From: Amoebidium appalachense
Taxonomy: Eukaryota; Protista; Ichthyosporea
Assembly: GCA_963693365.1 (NCBI GenBank)
Contig: CAVNZM010000003.1
Coordinates: 7,373,312-7,437,311 of the forward strand
Direction of reading: 5' to 3'
DNA: 64,000 bases
Numbering within the stretch: the first letter of the stretch is position 1; each line of letters opens with the position of its first letter. The notes below the pieces were generated by a model. That model was not told the DNA's origin, searched no databases, and worked only from the letters and a program-made list of their open reading frames with translations. The position numbers and the translations under genes were made by a program. This document shows, in pieces, positions 28,165 to 41,750 of this stretch.

Positions 28165-30358
28165 GCCATTTCGACGAATATCTACTGCTAGTTAGCTACC
28201 CTGCTCTTCCGAATGTCTCTGTCTCTCTTTCTCTTCTGGCTTCATATCTCCATCACTAACGCCTCTCTCCCTTGACTTTCTTTCTTGTTTTTCTTTGGTT
28301 TAACAGTTTGTAATAGACGTGTCTGTCCATGGAATGAAAGTCGCTAGCTGATGGTGTACACGTGTAGGTGCGTGTAGGCTCATCATACTAACATTCTGTC
28401 TCAAAACGACATGCCCTATGACTACATGCTCCATATTGTCAGAGGCGGTTTACCAGGTGACAAAATAGGTCACCTCAGCAACTCAAGGTGCCCTAAAAAA
28501 GAAAAAGCCCAAAGACCAAATGGTTTTAATTGAATAAACGTGTACAAAACAAACACAAGATTGCGCATGTTTCCCGTATGCCTTTGGCTGTGTGCTAATG
28601 GCAAACATGCACGTCAGGGTGTTAGTTAATGGTTGGTGCTGGCGGGTTTTTTTTCACTTTGCTCCAACCTTGCTAAGATAGTCACAGGCAGACTGAGTAC
28701 CGTACGTAGTTGTGTGTAGGGCACCCTTTTTCGGTGTGTGTATGCACGCTGGAGTGAGAAGCATTATTTCATGTCAGCACATCGACTACGGAATGACTTC
28801 TTGCATGAGGAACTCCCTTCCGTACACTTTGCCGGTTATGTGAGCGTACGTCTGCAAGACGCGTGTATGGCTCGCGATTTCGTTCCAGCCATATAGATCG
28901 GAAGTATCCTTTGATATAGTGAATGCTTTGCACGTCCATATCGCGATATTCTATATACCCCAGTGCACGTGGTGGGTGTTGCTGGTCGCAGCGCCGTCGA
29001 GATGCCGGTAGGGGAGGTGGGGTCGGGGCCCCCGGGATTTCAAAGCCTTTAAATTTGGGTGGAGGGGTCACGGGTCCGGGGGGGGGGGGAGGGGAGGGGG
29101 GGGGGGGGGGGGGGGGTGTTGTTGGCCACAACCGCGTGCGGCCGTCATGATACAAAATGGGTTAAACATTTGGGCCGAAGTGGGTGGGAAGGTAGGCTGG
29201 GCTGAGGGAGAGAGGGAGGGGGGGGAGGGGGGGGGGGCAACTTGCAAGACAGCACACATGTGCTTTTAAGGATGTCGATCAATCATTGGAAATTTTGAAT
29301 ATCGCGGAAAGTTGTGCAAAAACCGCCGGCTCTTAGAGCGCACACGTGGGCCGGGATGAACCGTTTCGGCAAATGAATCAGATCAAGTTCTGAGTGAGAA
29401 ATATATGGCTAACGTGCTCGGTACATGATATGGTCTGGCCATTGGGTCGTGGAATACAACCGGTGGCGTGCGGATATGTGCTGCAGGTTATAACCCACAC
29501 TAGCACATGTACAGCATAATATCAGCTTATCTACAAATGTTTGTATATTTAACGGATAAAAGTACAAGAACTAGTGTATATGCGGTATACACCATATAGC
29601 AACTCACACATAACAGACTAAGTCTTGAAGTCTTTTAATGCTAGCGTGATACTGATCTTTATTTTTTTTTTTTAAAAAAAAAAAGAACTAATGTTGGCGG
29701 CGTGTATTCAAGGTCATTCATTCCACAATTATTTGCCGACACCTGCCAACCAATAGCAGGCCAACCGGCTTCCAGACCGGTCGAGGTGTTCATACATACA
29801 AAATAGGAGTGCGATAAGAACACCCTGGGGAGACTACTGTTGCCTCACTCAAAAAAATATAATATCCAGAAACAACAAAAACAAACAAATTAAATCAGAA
29901 AAAAAACCCGTACCAATAATGCACACTCTAACACATACATTCCAAATGGAGTGCAGGACTACATACCATATTTGGACATAAGACCTCACCACACTTCTTA
30001 TTTGCGCAAACATGCCATACTTGCACTAATTAGGTCATAACCTAACCCATGATTCAACCAACACAAGTATGGTGTCATACCTCGCTACATGCCAGATGGG
30101 AGATTGTGCATGTGGACAGAGGCCTGGTCGTGACTGTTTTGGGGGGGTCCTTTGGGGTTATTTTGGAGACGGGAGGGGCATAAGCCAGGAGCAGTGCATT
30201 AGGTGTGTTTGTGTGTGTGTGCATGTTTTACTGGCCGGCGTAGGTGTCTGTGCGCGCGCGCCTGCTCATGTGTATGCACATGTAAGAGTATTAGAAGGGC
30301 GGTTGGGATGAAAGTTGGGGTTGAAGGTGGGGAGGGGGGGGGGGGGGGGGGATGATTG

Positions 30359-30458
30359 CTATCTGATATTTCGTTGGACTCTCTTGTAGTGATGTGTCCT
30401 CAGTTCCTTCTGTGGGTGCAGCAGGTGGATCAGTGTGTGTGTGTGTATGTGTGTGTGC

Positions 30459-30525
<67 letters not shown>

Positions 30526-30613
30526 CGCGCGCCTGCGTGGGTGCGTGCACGTGCGTGTGTGCAGGCGTGCATGCATACGTGCTTGTGTGTGTGTGTGTGT
30601 GTGTTGTGTGTGT

Positions 30614-30651
<38 letters not shown>

Positions 30652-30974
30652 CCTCCCTGTGTGCCCGTCTACGCGCATGTGAAATCTCGAACCAGAACCC
30701 ACTCCCTTGCACCACGCCCATCACCACACACCCACTACTCGTGCCTAAGCCCACATGACTTCATTGGGTCTGTATGTGCACAGAGTGCAACTAATGCACA
30801 CTTAAAGCGCAAGCATACCCGGGTCAAAACACCCGTCCTAAGCCCACTTTCTTACCAGTGTACATGTGGTTGTGGTTAGTATATTTGTGTGTTTTTGACT
30901 GGATGTGTGTATGTATGTGGGTGCACGGGTGATTCTTTGTGCCCATGTGAGCAGGTGATCCCCTGGCGGGCGCG

Positions 30975-31010
<36 letters not shown>

Positions 31011-31085
31011 GGAGGGAGGGGATGATAAACCTCCATAGCTCGAAGCTGTGTGTGTGTGTGTGTTTGCTTGTGTGTGAGTGTGTGT

Positions 31086-31147
<62 letters not shown>

Positions 31148-31461
31148 GTGTGTGTGCGCGCGCGCGCGTGTGCGCGCGCATGTGTACACTTGTAGGTAAC
31201 TCCACTGGTGAGCTCGGATGTCTGTGCAATGAGTCTAGTTCACTGTGCATGTAAAAATCACTGTGCCTGCAAGTAAGGGAATTCGGCATGCACACTCACC
31301 AGTGCATTTTCCAGCTGTACGGTGACATGGCCCAGTGTTGGTATGTCGGTCTGCAGGGTGTGCTGCTGTGGTCCCTCTGCATCCAGCCATCATCAGCGTC
31401 ACAGCCCAAGCCCATGGGGCCACAATCTGAAATTTGGGTGTCCTTTTCTTCCTCATTCTCC

Positions 31462-31492
<31 letters not shown>

Positions 31493-32359
31493 AAAAAAAA
31501 AAAAGGGAAAAAAGGCAAAGGAAAAAAGAAAAATAGCCAAAACAACAAGAAGAAGAAGATGGGAAGGAACCCAAGTCCGATGACCGACTCATACGGGTGC
31601 TTACATCCGACATCAACACAGGTACCACCTTGCAGCAAACGAGCCCCCTCCACACAACTGTCTTGAGCCAAGAACAGAATGTTGACATTGGCAAAAAACA
31701 CCGGGCAGCATGTGTATGCCCAGAAGGCGAGGAAGGTTGGGGGGGGGGAGGGTTGTGTATGGTTTACATTGGACGGTGTGCACGCACATGCACCAGTGGG
31801 AATGGGAGCGGCATTGTCCACTGCATCAAGGAGTAATAAAAAGCACCAAGATTCAAGCAAGACGGGGGGGGGGGGGGGGGAGGGCGGCAAAGGGGGGGAA
31901 GGGGTGGGGGGGGGATAACCTGGGCCTTGTGTTGTGAGCTGAAGAAGATAGAGGGGCTGTATGTGACCTCGATGGGTGCGCCCCCCAACCTGCTATATAA
32001 GTAAGTACACAGCATACCATACATGGTAGGTACACAGCATACCATACATGGTAAGTACACCGCATACCATACATGGTAAGTACCCCGCATACCATACATG
32101 GTAAGTACACCGCATACCATACATGGTAAGTACACCGCATACCATACATGGTAAGTACCCCGCATACCATACATGGTAAGTACACCGCATACCATACATG
32201 GTAAGTACACCGCATACCATACATGGTAAGTACACCGCATACCATACATGGTAAGTACACCGCATACAATAGATGGTAGGCACGTGAAAATCATGTATGG
32301 TGGGCACATACACTGCCAGACACGGTAAGCCCCCACGCATATGTGGATGCGCTCGTTAC

Positions 32360-32392
<33 letters not shown>

Positions 32393-33062
32393 CCTCCCCC
32401 TGCTTTCTCCGAGCCCATTCTACTCCCGATCTCAACACTCAACCGAACACACCTCCGCACGTAACCAGCCCCAAACACCCAAACCTATTCTTCTCCCTCC
32501 CCCCCCCCCTGCCTATACTCCCCCCCCCCCCCCCCCCCTCCCCCTCTAGACTACACACACACTTCACCCCACCCGAATACATCCGTCGTTTCCCCGTCCA
32601 TTTGATAGATTCACCTCGTCCTTCCTTCCTTCCCCTCCTCACCTCTCCTGGCCTCACCAATTAACCCCTTCCCTCCCCCTCTCCCACCTGCACCTCCAGC
32701 CTCCACTGCAGGTCCTTGTAGTGGCACAGTTCTGTGTCGGTCAGCCCCAGCACTCTTCTGATCTCATCTCTGTGGCCCATGTATGTCTGCACACACAAAG
32801 GTTAACACTACTCCTCTTGCCGCATGCGCCCCCCTCCCCCCCCTTTCCCCCGTCCCCCCCCCCCCCCCCACGCGTCTATCTTTCCCCTCTCCCCCCCCCC
32901 CCACCCCCACCAACTCTAACCCCCCCCCCCCCCCAGCCCAGGGTTATTTGACCACTCCCCCCCCCTTCCGCCCCCTCTCCCCCCCTCCCCCCCCCCCACC
33001 ACCACCACCGTCACCACCATCGGCCATCCTGCCATTCGAGTATGACTTATTCAGATGCCTTG

Positions 33063-33093
<31 letters not shown>

Positions 33094-34059
33094 CCCCCCC
33101 AATCACACCCCATCCTAGCCCCACAGTTACCCCCTCCTCCCCAACGCCCATCCCCCCCTTTCACAAACATGCCTCCACACCCCCTTGCATGAGCCTAAAA
33201 GCCAGACATAGCAAGTCATCATTGCATCCATTGGCACACTAGAGGATTAGGCTCAAAAGAGGAGAGTGCAGGCCCCCAGGAGGAGGGGGGGGGGGGGGCA
33301 GGGGGGATACGGACCTCCAGCAGAACTTTAGTGACGTCTGTTGGGTGGCTGAGGGGGGCTACAGAGTCGTGGAAGTCTGGCTCACTGATCTGGGCACACA
33401 AACGGCCTGTAAGCTATTTCAAGACCCCCCCCCCCCCCCCCCCCGGGAGCCCTTCTCCCTCCCCTGTTGCAGAAAAAAAGGAGAGAAGAAGTGGAGGTGG
33501 AAGACGAAGGAAACCGTGACCCCTCTCAGCCTACACACATGCAAACACATCCTGCCCATACCCTCCCCTCGGTATCTGTGGCCCCCCTCATATCCCACTG
33601 GAAGCAGGGAACAACAGCAACCATATTCCGGCCGCAGCAACATAGTGTGCATGTGCACAGCCACAGTGTGACCATACTGTGTGCACTAGGCGCCACACAT
33701 CTGACCACCACCACGTGATAACACACTCTCTCTTCCTTTTCTTGTTTTCCTGCAACCACAGTCAACCACCACAATACACAACATTGCGGTGGTGAGATGG
33801 GTGGCTGTGGCTGGTTTATATTGTTTGGTTCTGCTAAAATTTTGGTTCAAATGAGGAGGAGAGAGGGGGGAGAAGGGGGAGGGGGGAGGGGGAGGGAGGA
33901 GGTAGGGAGGGAATACCTTCAGCTTTGAGCATTCCATCAGAAGAAACATGAGCCCACGTACAGCCCCCTGCACACGGTCGGGGGTGACCCCAAGACGCTC
34001 TGCGTACACCGGAGGCGAGGGGACGGGGGAAGGGGGGGGGGGGGGGGGGGGGGAGGTGT

Positions 34060-34090
<31 letters not shown>

Positions 34091-34572
34091 GTCAGTGGGT
34101 GCGGATGGGTGACGTGTATGTGGGAGAGAAGGCATGAGGATGGGCAGGAAGGAGGGTTGGGGGAGCAAGGGTACAAAAATAGTAAGGGGTACGAGAGGGG
34201 GGGAGGGGGGGAGGGGGGGGGGGGGGGGGAGACGCAGCGGAGAAATGGCATAGGGAGAGGACGAGGTTGATCCATGGGCTGGAAGAAAGGTTGAGCGGAT
34301 AGGGAACATAGAGAAGCAGCCTATGGGCAGGGGAGGGGGTGGCTGGGGGGGGGGGGGGGTGGGTGGGAGGGAGAGGGGGGGGGGGGGGAGGGGGGAGGGG
34401 GGGGGTGATGATCTAAATGAGGGCTATGTGTATGTGCTAAATAGTTAGTAGGCACAACTGTAATTTCCGGGATATTTTCTTATTGTCTTAGCCACTGTTT
34501 ATTTGCAACGGCGGGGGAAAGGTGGTGGAAGAGGGAGGCTGGGGAAGCTGGGGGGTTTGGGGGGTTTGCGGA

Positions 34573-34603
<31 letters not shown>

Positions 34604-35599
34604 TGGGGGGGGGGGGGGGTTGATGACGTACGTGCAGCGGTGTTGTAGAGTTTTATGTTCTCGCCATTGAGTAGAAAGTCAACGGCAGTTAGGCAGAACT
34701 GGCCCACATCTGTGTGTGTGTGCATGTGTTTGTGTGTGTGTGTGTGTGTGTGCATGCGTGTGCGTGCGTGCATGTATGTGTGCGTGTGTGCGTGTGTGCG
34801 TGCGCCAGCGTGTGCGTGAGTGTGCGCGTCCGCGCGTGCGTGTGTCAATGTGTATGTGTGGGGCATGAACGTGGGTGTTAGTGTGTTTGGGTGTGTGTTT
34901 GGGTTTTTGTCTATAGCATGTGTGCATCTGCGTATGCGCCGTGCATTCCCGCGTATGTGCTTGTGTGTGCATGTGTGTGTGGATGTGTGCACTTGTATCT
35001 TTGTGCGTGTGCGCAAGTGTGCAGAACGTATGCATGAGCCTGCTTGTGTGTGTGTACGTGAAAAGAAGATAACGGAGGTGAGAACACACGAATTACTTGC
35101 TCATTCATTCGGACCGTGTTCTGAGCAGCAGGGTGTGGGTTGTGGTGGAGGTTTTTTATTTTTTATTTTTTTATTTTTTTGGGGGGGGGGGGGGATGAAA
35201 ACACTAAGAAGGGAGCGAAAAGAAGAGGCAGGAAAGAGAAAGAGAATACCAGCCTGGAAGGGATGGTGTATACTCCAGGCTACTTAGGGATATAGGGTGG
35301 GAGGGGGATAAGGGGTATAGAATGGGGCAGAGAGTGCAAGCAGTGAGGAGAGAGAAACAGGAGTGGAGGGCACCCGCATGGGTGGATGAGTAGTTGGGTA
35401 TGTGTGTGGGGGGGGGGGAGGGGGGCGGGGGGAGGGGGGGGGGAAGAGGATGTTGGGGAAGAGTGGAAAGCAAGTAGGGTGGTAAGGGATTGGGGAAGGA
35501 CGAAGGGGTACCATTGAGTCGAGAGGAAAAGGGCTTGGAAGACAGGGGATGTGTGGATTAGTGGCTGTTTGTTTGTGTAGTGTGTTTGTGTGTATTTTT

Positions 35600-35640
<41 letters not shown>

Positions 35641-36298
35641 GCAGCTAGTGAAGAAGAGAGGACGGCAGTGAGAGGGGTTTGGGGGTTTTTTTTTCTTTGG
35701 GGGGGGGGGGGGGAGGAGGATGAAGGGAAAGGGAAAATATTGGCCCAGCAATGCAGTACAGCTGTGGTGTGTGCGTGTGTGTGTGTGTGTGTGTCTGTGT
35801 GTGTGTCCACAAGACCGCATGTGGGTTAAGGTGTTTGTATACTCGCAGTTTGTGTGCATGCGTGTCTTTGTCCCTCGTAGCTTGTGGGAGTGTGTGTGCG
35901 TGTTATTGTGCTTGCATTTGCGATTTCTGTAAAGCACGTTCCCCCTGACAGCACTTTCATCAGCACAAAAATTAGAAGAAGAAACATGAGGAAAAGGGTG
36001 GGTTTCTTTTGTTATTCAGGGGTTCCCCTTGGATTCGGTGTTAGGGGTGGAGTGTCTAGAGGGGTGGAAGGGGGGTAAAAAAGAGAGAGAGAGGAAGAAA
36101 GTTTTGGAAAAACGGGGGCGGTGAAACAAGTGTGGACATGACGAGTTGTTTGGAAGGTATCCGAAGATAGGGGAGAGAGAGTAGAGGAGGAGGGGGGCGG
36201 GGGGCGCACTGCATCAGAGGTAAAGAACGGGGGGGCGCAGGGGGAGGGTGTTGGGAAGGAGTGGGGGGGGAAGGGTGGAAGAGGGGGGAGGGGGGGGA

Positions 36299-36335
<37 letters not shown>

Positions 36336-36405
36336 TACAGTCAATGGGTATGTCTGCCAGCAGACGCAGATCGTCCGCGTGGTCGGAGGCAAACAGCAGC
36401 CGCAT
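30359..36405 (-). CDS. COMMD2: COMM domain-containing protein 2 (Commander complex subunit), about 200 aa
   Basis: Eight GT-AG exons in phase: 36405-36339, 34709-34632, 33999-33917, 33389-33315, 32786-32688, 31989-31920, 31376-31300, 30409-30359. Protein [120 protein letters not shown] follows the COMMD2 pattern over its whole length. Confidence 0.94.
32001..32280. repeat. 25-bp minisatellite, 11 copies (GTAAGTACACCGCATACCATACATG)
   Basis: Exact 25-bp period from 32001, with minor variants. Ends about 10 bp from the COMMD2 exon 6 acceptor. Confidence 0.97.
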
Positions 36406-36664
36406 GGTAGCGGGGAGAAAGTGGCGGCCTAAGGTATGGGTAGTGCGCTAAGGGCTCTGTGGGTCTGCCTGTGCAGCACACTTTACACACTATGTTGGGA
36501 GCTGGTTGGACGCCTAGCTAGTCACAGTGTGTGTACTCATACAGCATCTTAGTGGCGAGGAAGTCTCCTTTTTTTTGTTCGAGTCAGTCCGAGTCAGTCG
36601 GAGTCATTCCTGCACTTTCATTGGCTCGGAGCGCATCCGTTTGGCGTCAAGATCCCCCCCCCCC

Positions 36665-36709
<45 letters not shown>

Positions 36710-36961
36710 TTCTCCATCTCCCCGGGGCCCCTGGCCTTCCTGCCTCTTCCCATCATCTGTCCTGCAGGCCCGAAATATGACCCCTTCCCAGTCGTGCATA
36801 TGCATGTCCAATGGGCACCTGCAGCATTTGCAAGATAGTGCCACTCACGCAACAGACCCCCTTTTGCAGAGCACATGCCGTCTTGGCCATCTGCGATGGA
36901 GAGCCTCGGCGTTGAACTTAAAAATGGGGGAGAGGGGGGGGTGGGGGGTAGAGTTAGTAGC

Positions 36962-37330
36962 AAATATGACGTCCCCCCTGGTGGTTCCCCGAGGGGTATA
37001 TAGGGGATCCACCTGTTCGGGTGGTTGGATGCCCCCCCCCTCCCCCCTCCCCCCCCCCCCCCCCCCCGGTCCCCCCTTCCCCCCTCCCCCTCCACCCCTT
37101 CCCCCCTTCTCCCCCCTCCCTCCCCAAGGTAACCCAGGGGTCGGTGGGACTCCCCCCGCACCTCCCCCCCCCCCCCCCCCTTTCCTTCTGAGGAGGACGG
37201 ACACGCCTGTCCGGTGGGGGTGGCAGGTCCCCCCACTCCCCTCCCCCCCCCCCCCCCCACACCCCCCCACCTTCCCCTCCCCCCCCAGCCGGAGAAAGCC
37301 AAACATCTCCCTCGAGCTCCCTTGACACCA
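36962..37330. repeat. G/C-run-rich dispersed repeat (reverse orientation relative to the 12236 and 61260 copies)
   Basis: Begins aaatatgacgtcccccctggtgg, the reverse-complement homolog of the 12327-12352 end. Its right end ccctcgagctccc resembles the reverse complement of 62431-62445. Confidence 0.55.
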
Positions 37331-38475
37331 CCCACCCTTGAACCTGTATTCGCTACCGCCAGCTATAAAAAAACTCAGTGACTATGGAAAACGTGAACGA
37401 TTTCATCCGTCCACGGTGCTGCGTTAACGTTCGTGTGCTCCTGTGTATGTGTGAATGTGTCAGTCATGTGTGCGTGTGTGTGTGTGTGTGTGTTTGCGCG
37501 TGTCCAGCTTGCCCCATGGTGCCAGCATCTGTTGTGTGAAAAATGGTGTTGTTGAAGGAGGAAGCATGGTGCCCGATTCCCAATGATGATATACTATGTC
37601 TGTCTGTGTGTGTGATGAGCGTGTATGACATTGTGTGTGTGTGTTTGTGTGTGTGTACGGTGCCCCAGGTTCATGTTGTGTGGATGATGGTAATAAATAT
37701 CGCTTGCTACTATTAATATTAATATGATTAGTCTCTGCCTGTGAGCCTGGGCCGGTGCTCTCTGCCCGCGCACACATGTGTGTGTTTTCTGTGACATGTG
37801 TGTGCACATGAGCCTGCGTGCGTACAAGTTGGCAATGCCTAAATCCACGTGTATGCGCTAGAGAGAAATGGAGGGGCCGGGGGAGGGGGGGGGGGGGGGG
37901 GGGGGAGACGGGAAGTGAGACTGAAGAAAACTAACTGGAGAAAGAGTGTGTCCATGTGTGTTCGACTTTGGGGGTGTACGTGTGTGCCGCTGTGTTTATC
38001 ATGTGGCACATCATGTGTGTGCGCATGACATTGTATCCGTGAGCCGTGAATGCATGTGTATGTGTGTGCGCGTGAGTAAGTTTCTTTCATTCCAGCCAAC
38101 TATCCTTGAGTGTGAGTACGTCAGACCTAGGGCTTGGCCTTAACGGCGTGTACGTGTGACACTGTGTGCGAGTGCGCTGTCGGGAGACTGAAGACGAAAC
38201 CCATTGAAAGAAGGGGTGGGAAAGGGGCCCCGGGGGGGGGGGGGGGGGAGGGGGGAGGGGGGGGGGGGGGGGAGGGGGGGGGGGGGGGGGGGGAGTGTTA
38301 AGTGTGTAGCCTGGCAGGTGGTCAGGCTTTAAGGGTTTACGTTTTGGGAAAGTATGTAGCCCAATGTCAAATCATATATGTAGTCACCGAGTATTCCATA
38401 AAAACTATTATTACCCCCACATGATCGTGATGCCTGATTAAGATATGCAGTAATGACAGCATGTCATGGAGGTAG

Positions 38476-38509
<34 letters not shown>

Positions 38510-40027
38510 TCCGGATCCCTCCCCCTCTCCTTTCCCTAGAGCCCCCCTCTTCGAATTCCTGGGCCCTGCGCAAGCCGGGGCTCGGAGGGGGGGGGGGTGG
38601 GGGAGGGGATTCGGAGGATCCACGGTGCACGGCCACCCACCCGAGACCCAACCTTGCAACCCAGAATTCCTACCCCCCCCCCCCCCCCGGGGAAAAGTTT
38701 TCCCAGCTTACCTTTGTCCTTCCACGTACACATCAGTGCACCAGATACGTATGGTGAGTTGTAATGGGTGGTTATCCTATGGGTTATTGCAGTGCCCTTC
38801 GACAAGGACAGCATGAGCGTGTAGGCTTAGGAGTTCGAAGGGTTGGACTCCGAATAATATATTATATTCAACTTTGTTTACATACCTAAATTGACAAGAA
38901 ACTTTTTTTATATCCTGCTCGAGAATCATCAGACCTTGGGGCCCAGAGTAAGGTATCTTTGAAACAACTGCTTAAGTTTGGCCCAGTAGTCACCGTGCAA
39001 CGTACACAGTGACTGACTCATGGTGGAGTATTGGTACACGTGGGGTGTTTGTCTGCATACCATGTGCACGTGGCGGTGGTGGTATCTGACTATGGTGTGT
39101 GTCTGTGTACATGTGTGGGGGGGGAGGGGGGGGATGTGTGCGCTATTATAATGGAAATATGGATGTCATTGAGACACAAAAGCACAAAGTTAAACTACAA
39201 AACGCCACAAAAATATTAATGACAAACCCGAAATCAAATAATTTGAGCGTGCAAGTAGAAGGCACTTGAACAGAGCCCATCATCAGGGGGGGGATGGCAG
39301 ACTTCAGAGTCTCAGCCATGCCAGAACTATCATGTTATCAAAGGCCAGCGGCAGTCTTAGTAGTCGTGGAAACCAGGGTTATTGGTATTCTACAGCTAAT
39401 AAAGAACATTTTATGTTGATGTAATTAGATTAATATGGATGTGTTTGCCACGGCCCGGTGGCGTATTGCTTATTGCTTCCGCTCGACTAACATCATGATT
39501 CACATTAGAACAATTTAAAAATACTAATACTCGCATGCACGTCTATTTACGATTTAGGCCAAGCGCCCACACTGAGTACGTTCCCAGTGCATTTACAGCT
39601 CATCTGCCGTTTCTGGCCGTCAATACATGCTGGCACACTGTAAGCTACATTTAATTTGCTATAAATTTTACGCACAACTGCAAGCAGGATACCGTACATA
39701 TCATAGTGAGAACGTTAGCAACATTCAGTTGCAAGATTTAAACATCAACCCATTTTAAACGTCTTAAACTTCACATCGTGGCACCAAACGGCTTACCGGA
39801 CTAAGAAAGGTAACACAATCTAAATCAAAAACCAATGTCCAAACACTCCCCCTGGCAAGCATAAACGTTCTCTTGTCTTGACATACAAAAGGTCGCATCC
39901 TGCCTCTGAATGTGTCTAGGGTGGCATAAGAGATTGTGGTTAAGGGAAGACTCAGTTCCAGAGTCTCTAAAGACTAAACTTACAGCTAGCATCAAATGCG
40001 TGATTAAGGCATCTTTTAAAAGTGTGA

Positions 40028-40394
40028 CTATATTTGGCCGTGTGCGAGCAAACTCTCCTTTTTTGGGGGGGTTAATCTGATAATCGATGAGATTCCCAAC
40101 GGCTGAAGTGTCTTCACTGAGTCCAAGCCCCCCACACCACCCACTGCCAAATCACCCTTTGAAATTTGATCTGCATTTTGGGGGTCTGCTGCAATTTCAG
40201 GGGATTTGGGAGGACTTGGATAATACCGCTTTCCGTCCCACCGGTAGATGTATGTCCACAGCATAACGAAGGCCACTGTTGCTAATATTAGCTCTGCCCA
40301 AAAAAGGCTAAGCATGTCCGCGGCACAGCCAATGGGTGGGGCGTTTGGCATTGTGTTGCGCAGGTTGGGCAGAGAGAATATCTGCATGGGAGAG

Positions 40395-40425
<31 letters not shown>

Positions 40426-41714
40426 GGGGGGGGGGTTGGTTAAAAGTGACTCCATGTGATGGAAGGGCCGGGGAAGGGCAGGGTAAGGAAAGGGGAAGGG
40501 GGGAAGGCGGGGAGGGGGGAGGGGGGAGGAGTGAGGGGGCCCCGAGGGATGGGGAGAGAGGCAAGTGAGATGGGGTGGGGTGGGTGGGTGGGTGGGTGGG
40601 TGGTGGTAGGGAGGCGGGAGGGAGGGGAGGGGGGAATGAGTAGCCAGGCATGAGGCGGCAAATCAGTGGGTAGCAAGGGGGACGACAGGTGGAGAGGGGG
40701 AGGGCGGGGAGGGGAGAGAGACGGGAGGGTGCGGGTGGCTCAGCTTAGGTGCATGAGAACGAGCAGAGGCTGTCCACGGGGGGAGGGGAGAAGGGGGGGG
40801 GGGGAGGAGGGGGAGGGAGGGAGAGAATGCTGATTTAGGTGCCGCAACGGTACATTACACGGGAGCAATCAGGTTACACGTGCACAACCGCCAAACCATG
40901 GGTTATATGAAATGCACCAATGAAAAAAAAACAAAAAACACAGCGCATGCATCAGACGACAAGGCAGGGGTTGGGTGATCCGTTGAGCTGAAAAGTGCCA
41001 CGACACTGAGCGTCTGTAAGGATGATGTTCAGATGTGATGGGAAAGGGGAGGTGGGATGGCGGTGAAAGGAGATGGGGGGTAGGGTTGCGTGGGGTGTGG
41101 GGGGGGGGGGAAGGGGGGAGGGAATTAAGGGGCAGTTGAATTGGGTGGGTGGGGGTAGGGATGGGTGGGTGGGTGGTGGGCCTGGAGGGGGAGGGGGGGG
41201 GGAGGGCTTGCGACTGTGTTACAGAGTAAAAAGTACACATTAACAATGGAAAAACAAAATGCAATTTTGCAGAGCACACACAAGGACTATGGATCCGGGG
41301 GGTAAGGGGAAGGGTGGGGGGGGGGGTGCAGGGGTTTTATGAATCAATCGGTGCACAGCAACAAGACCTATTTAATATTTAGCCCACTGATTCTGCCCCC
41401 CTTCCCCCCCCCTCCCCCCTCTCCCTCCCCCGTCCGAGTACCCGCAGGCGTTAACCCCCTCTGCTATCTTAACCCCTACCCCTTACCATCCCCCCCTCCC
41501 CCCCCTCCACCCTCTCCGGACCCTCAAAATACCACCACCACCACTACCACACACACACACAGACACACCCCTACACCTTTCACCCCCTCACAAAGATGAC
41601 ACTACACGGGGAACGAAAGCGCACGAGCCAGACACATTCACAGACACCTACACCTATCATATGTCATGCCACACTAACACCATGAGGGGTTGGAGGAGGG
41701 GCCCCGGGGGAGAA

Positions 41715-41750
<36 letters not shown>

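Noticed and set aside
32001-32280. CRISPR-like array
   Set aside because: Contiguous 25-bp units with no unique spacers, in a eukaryotic intron, with no cas genes.
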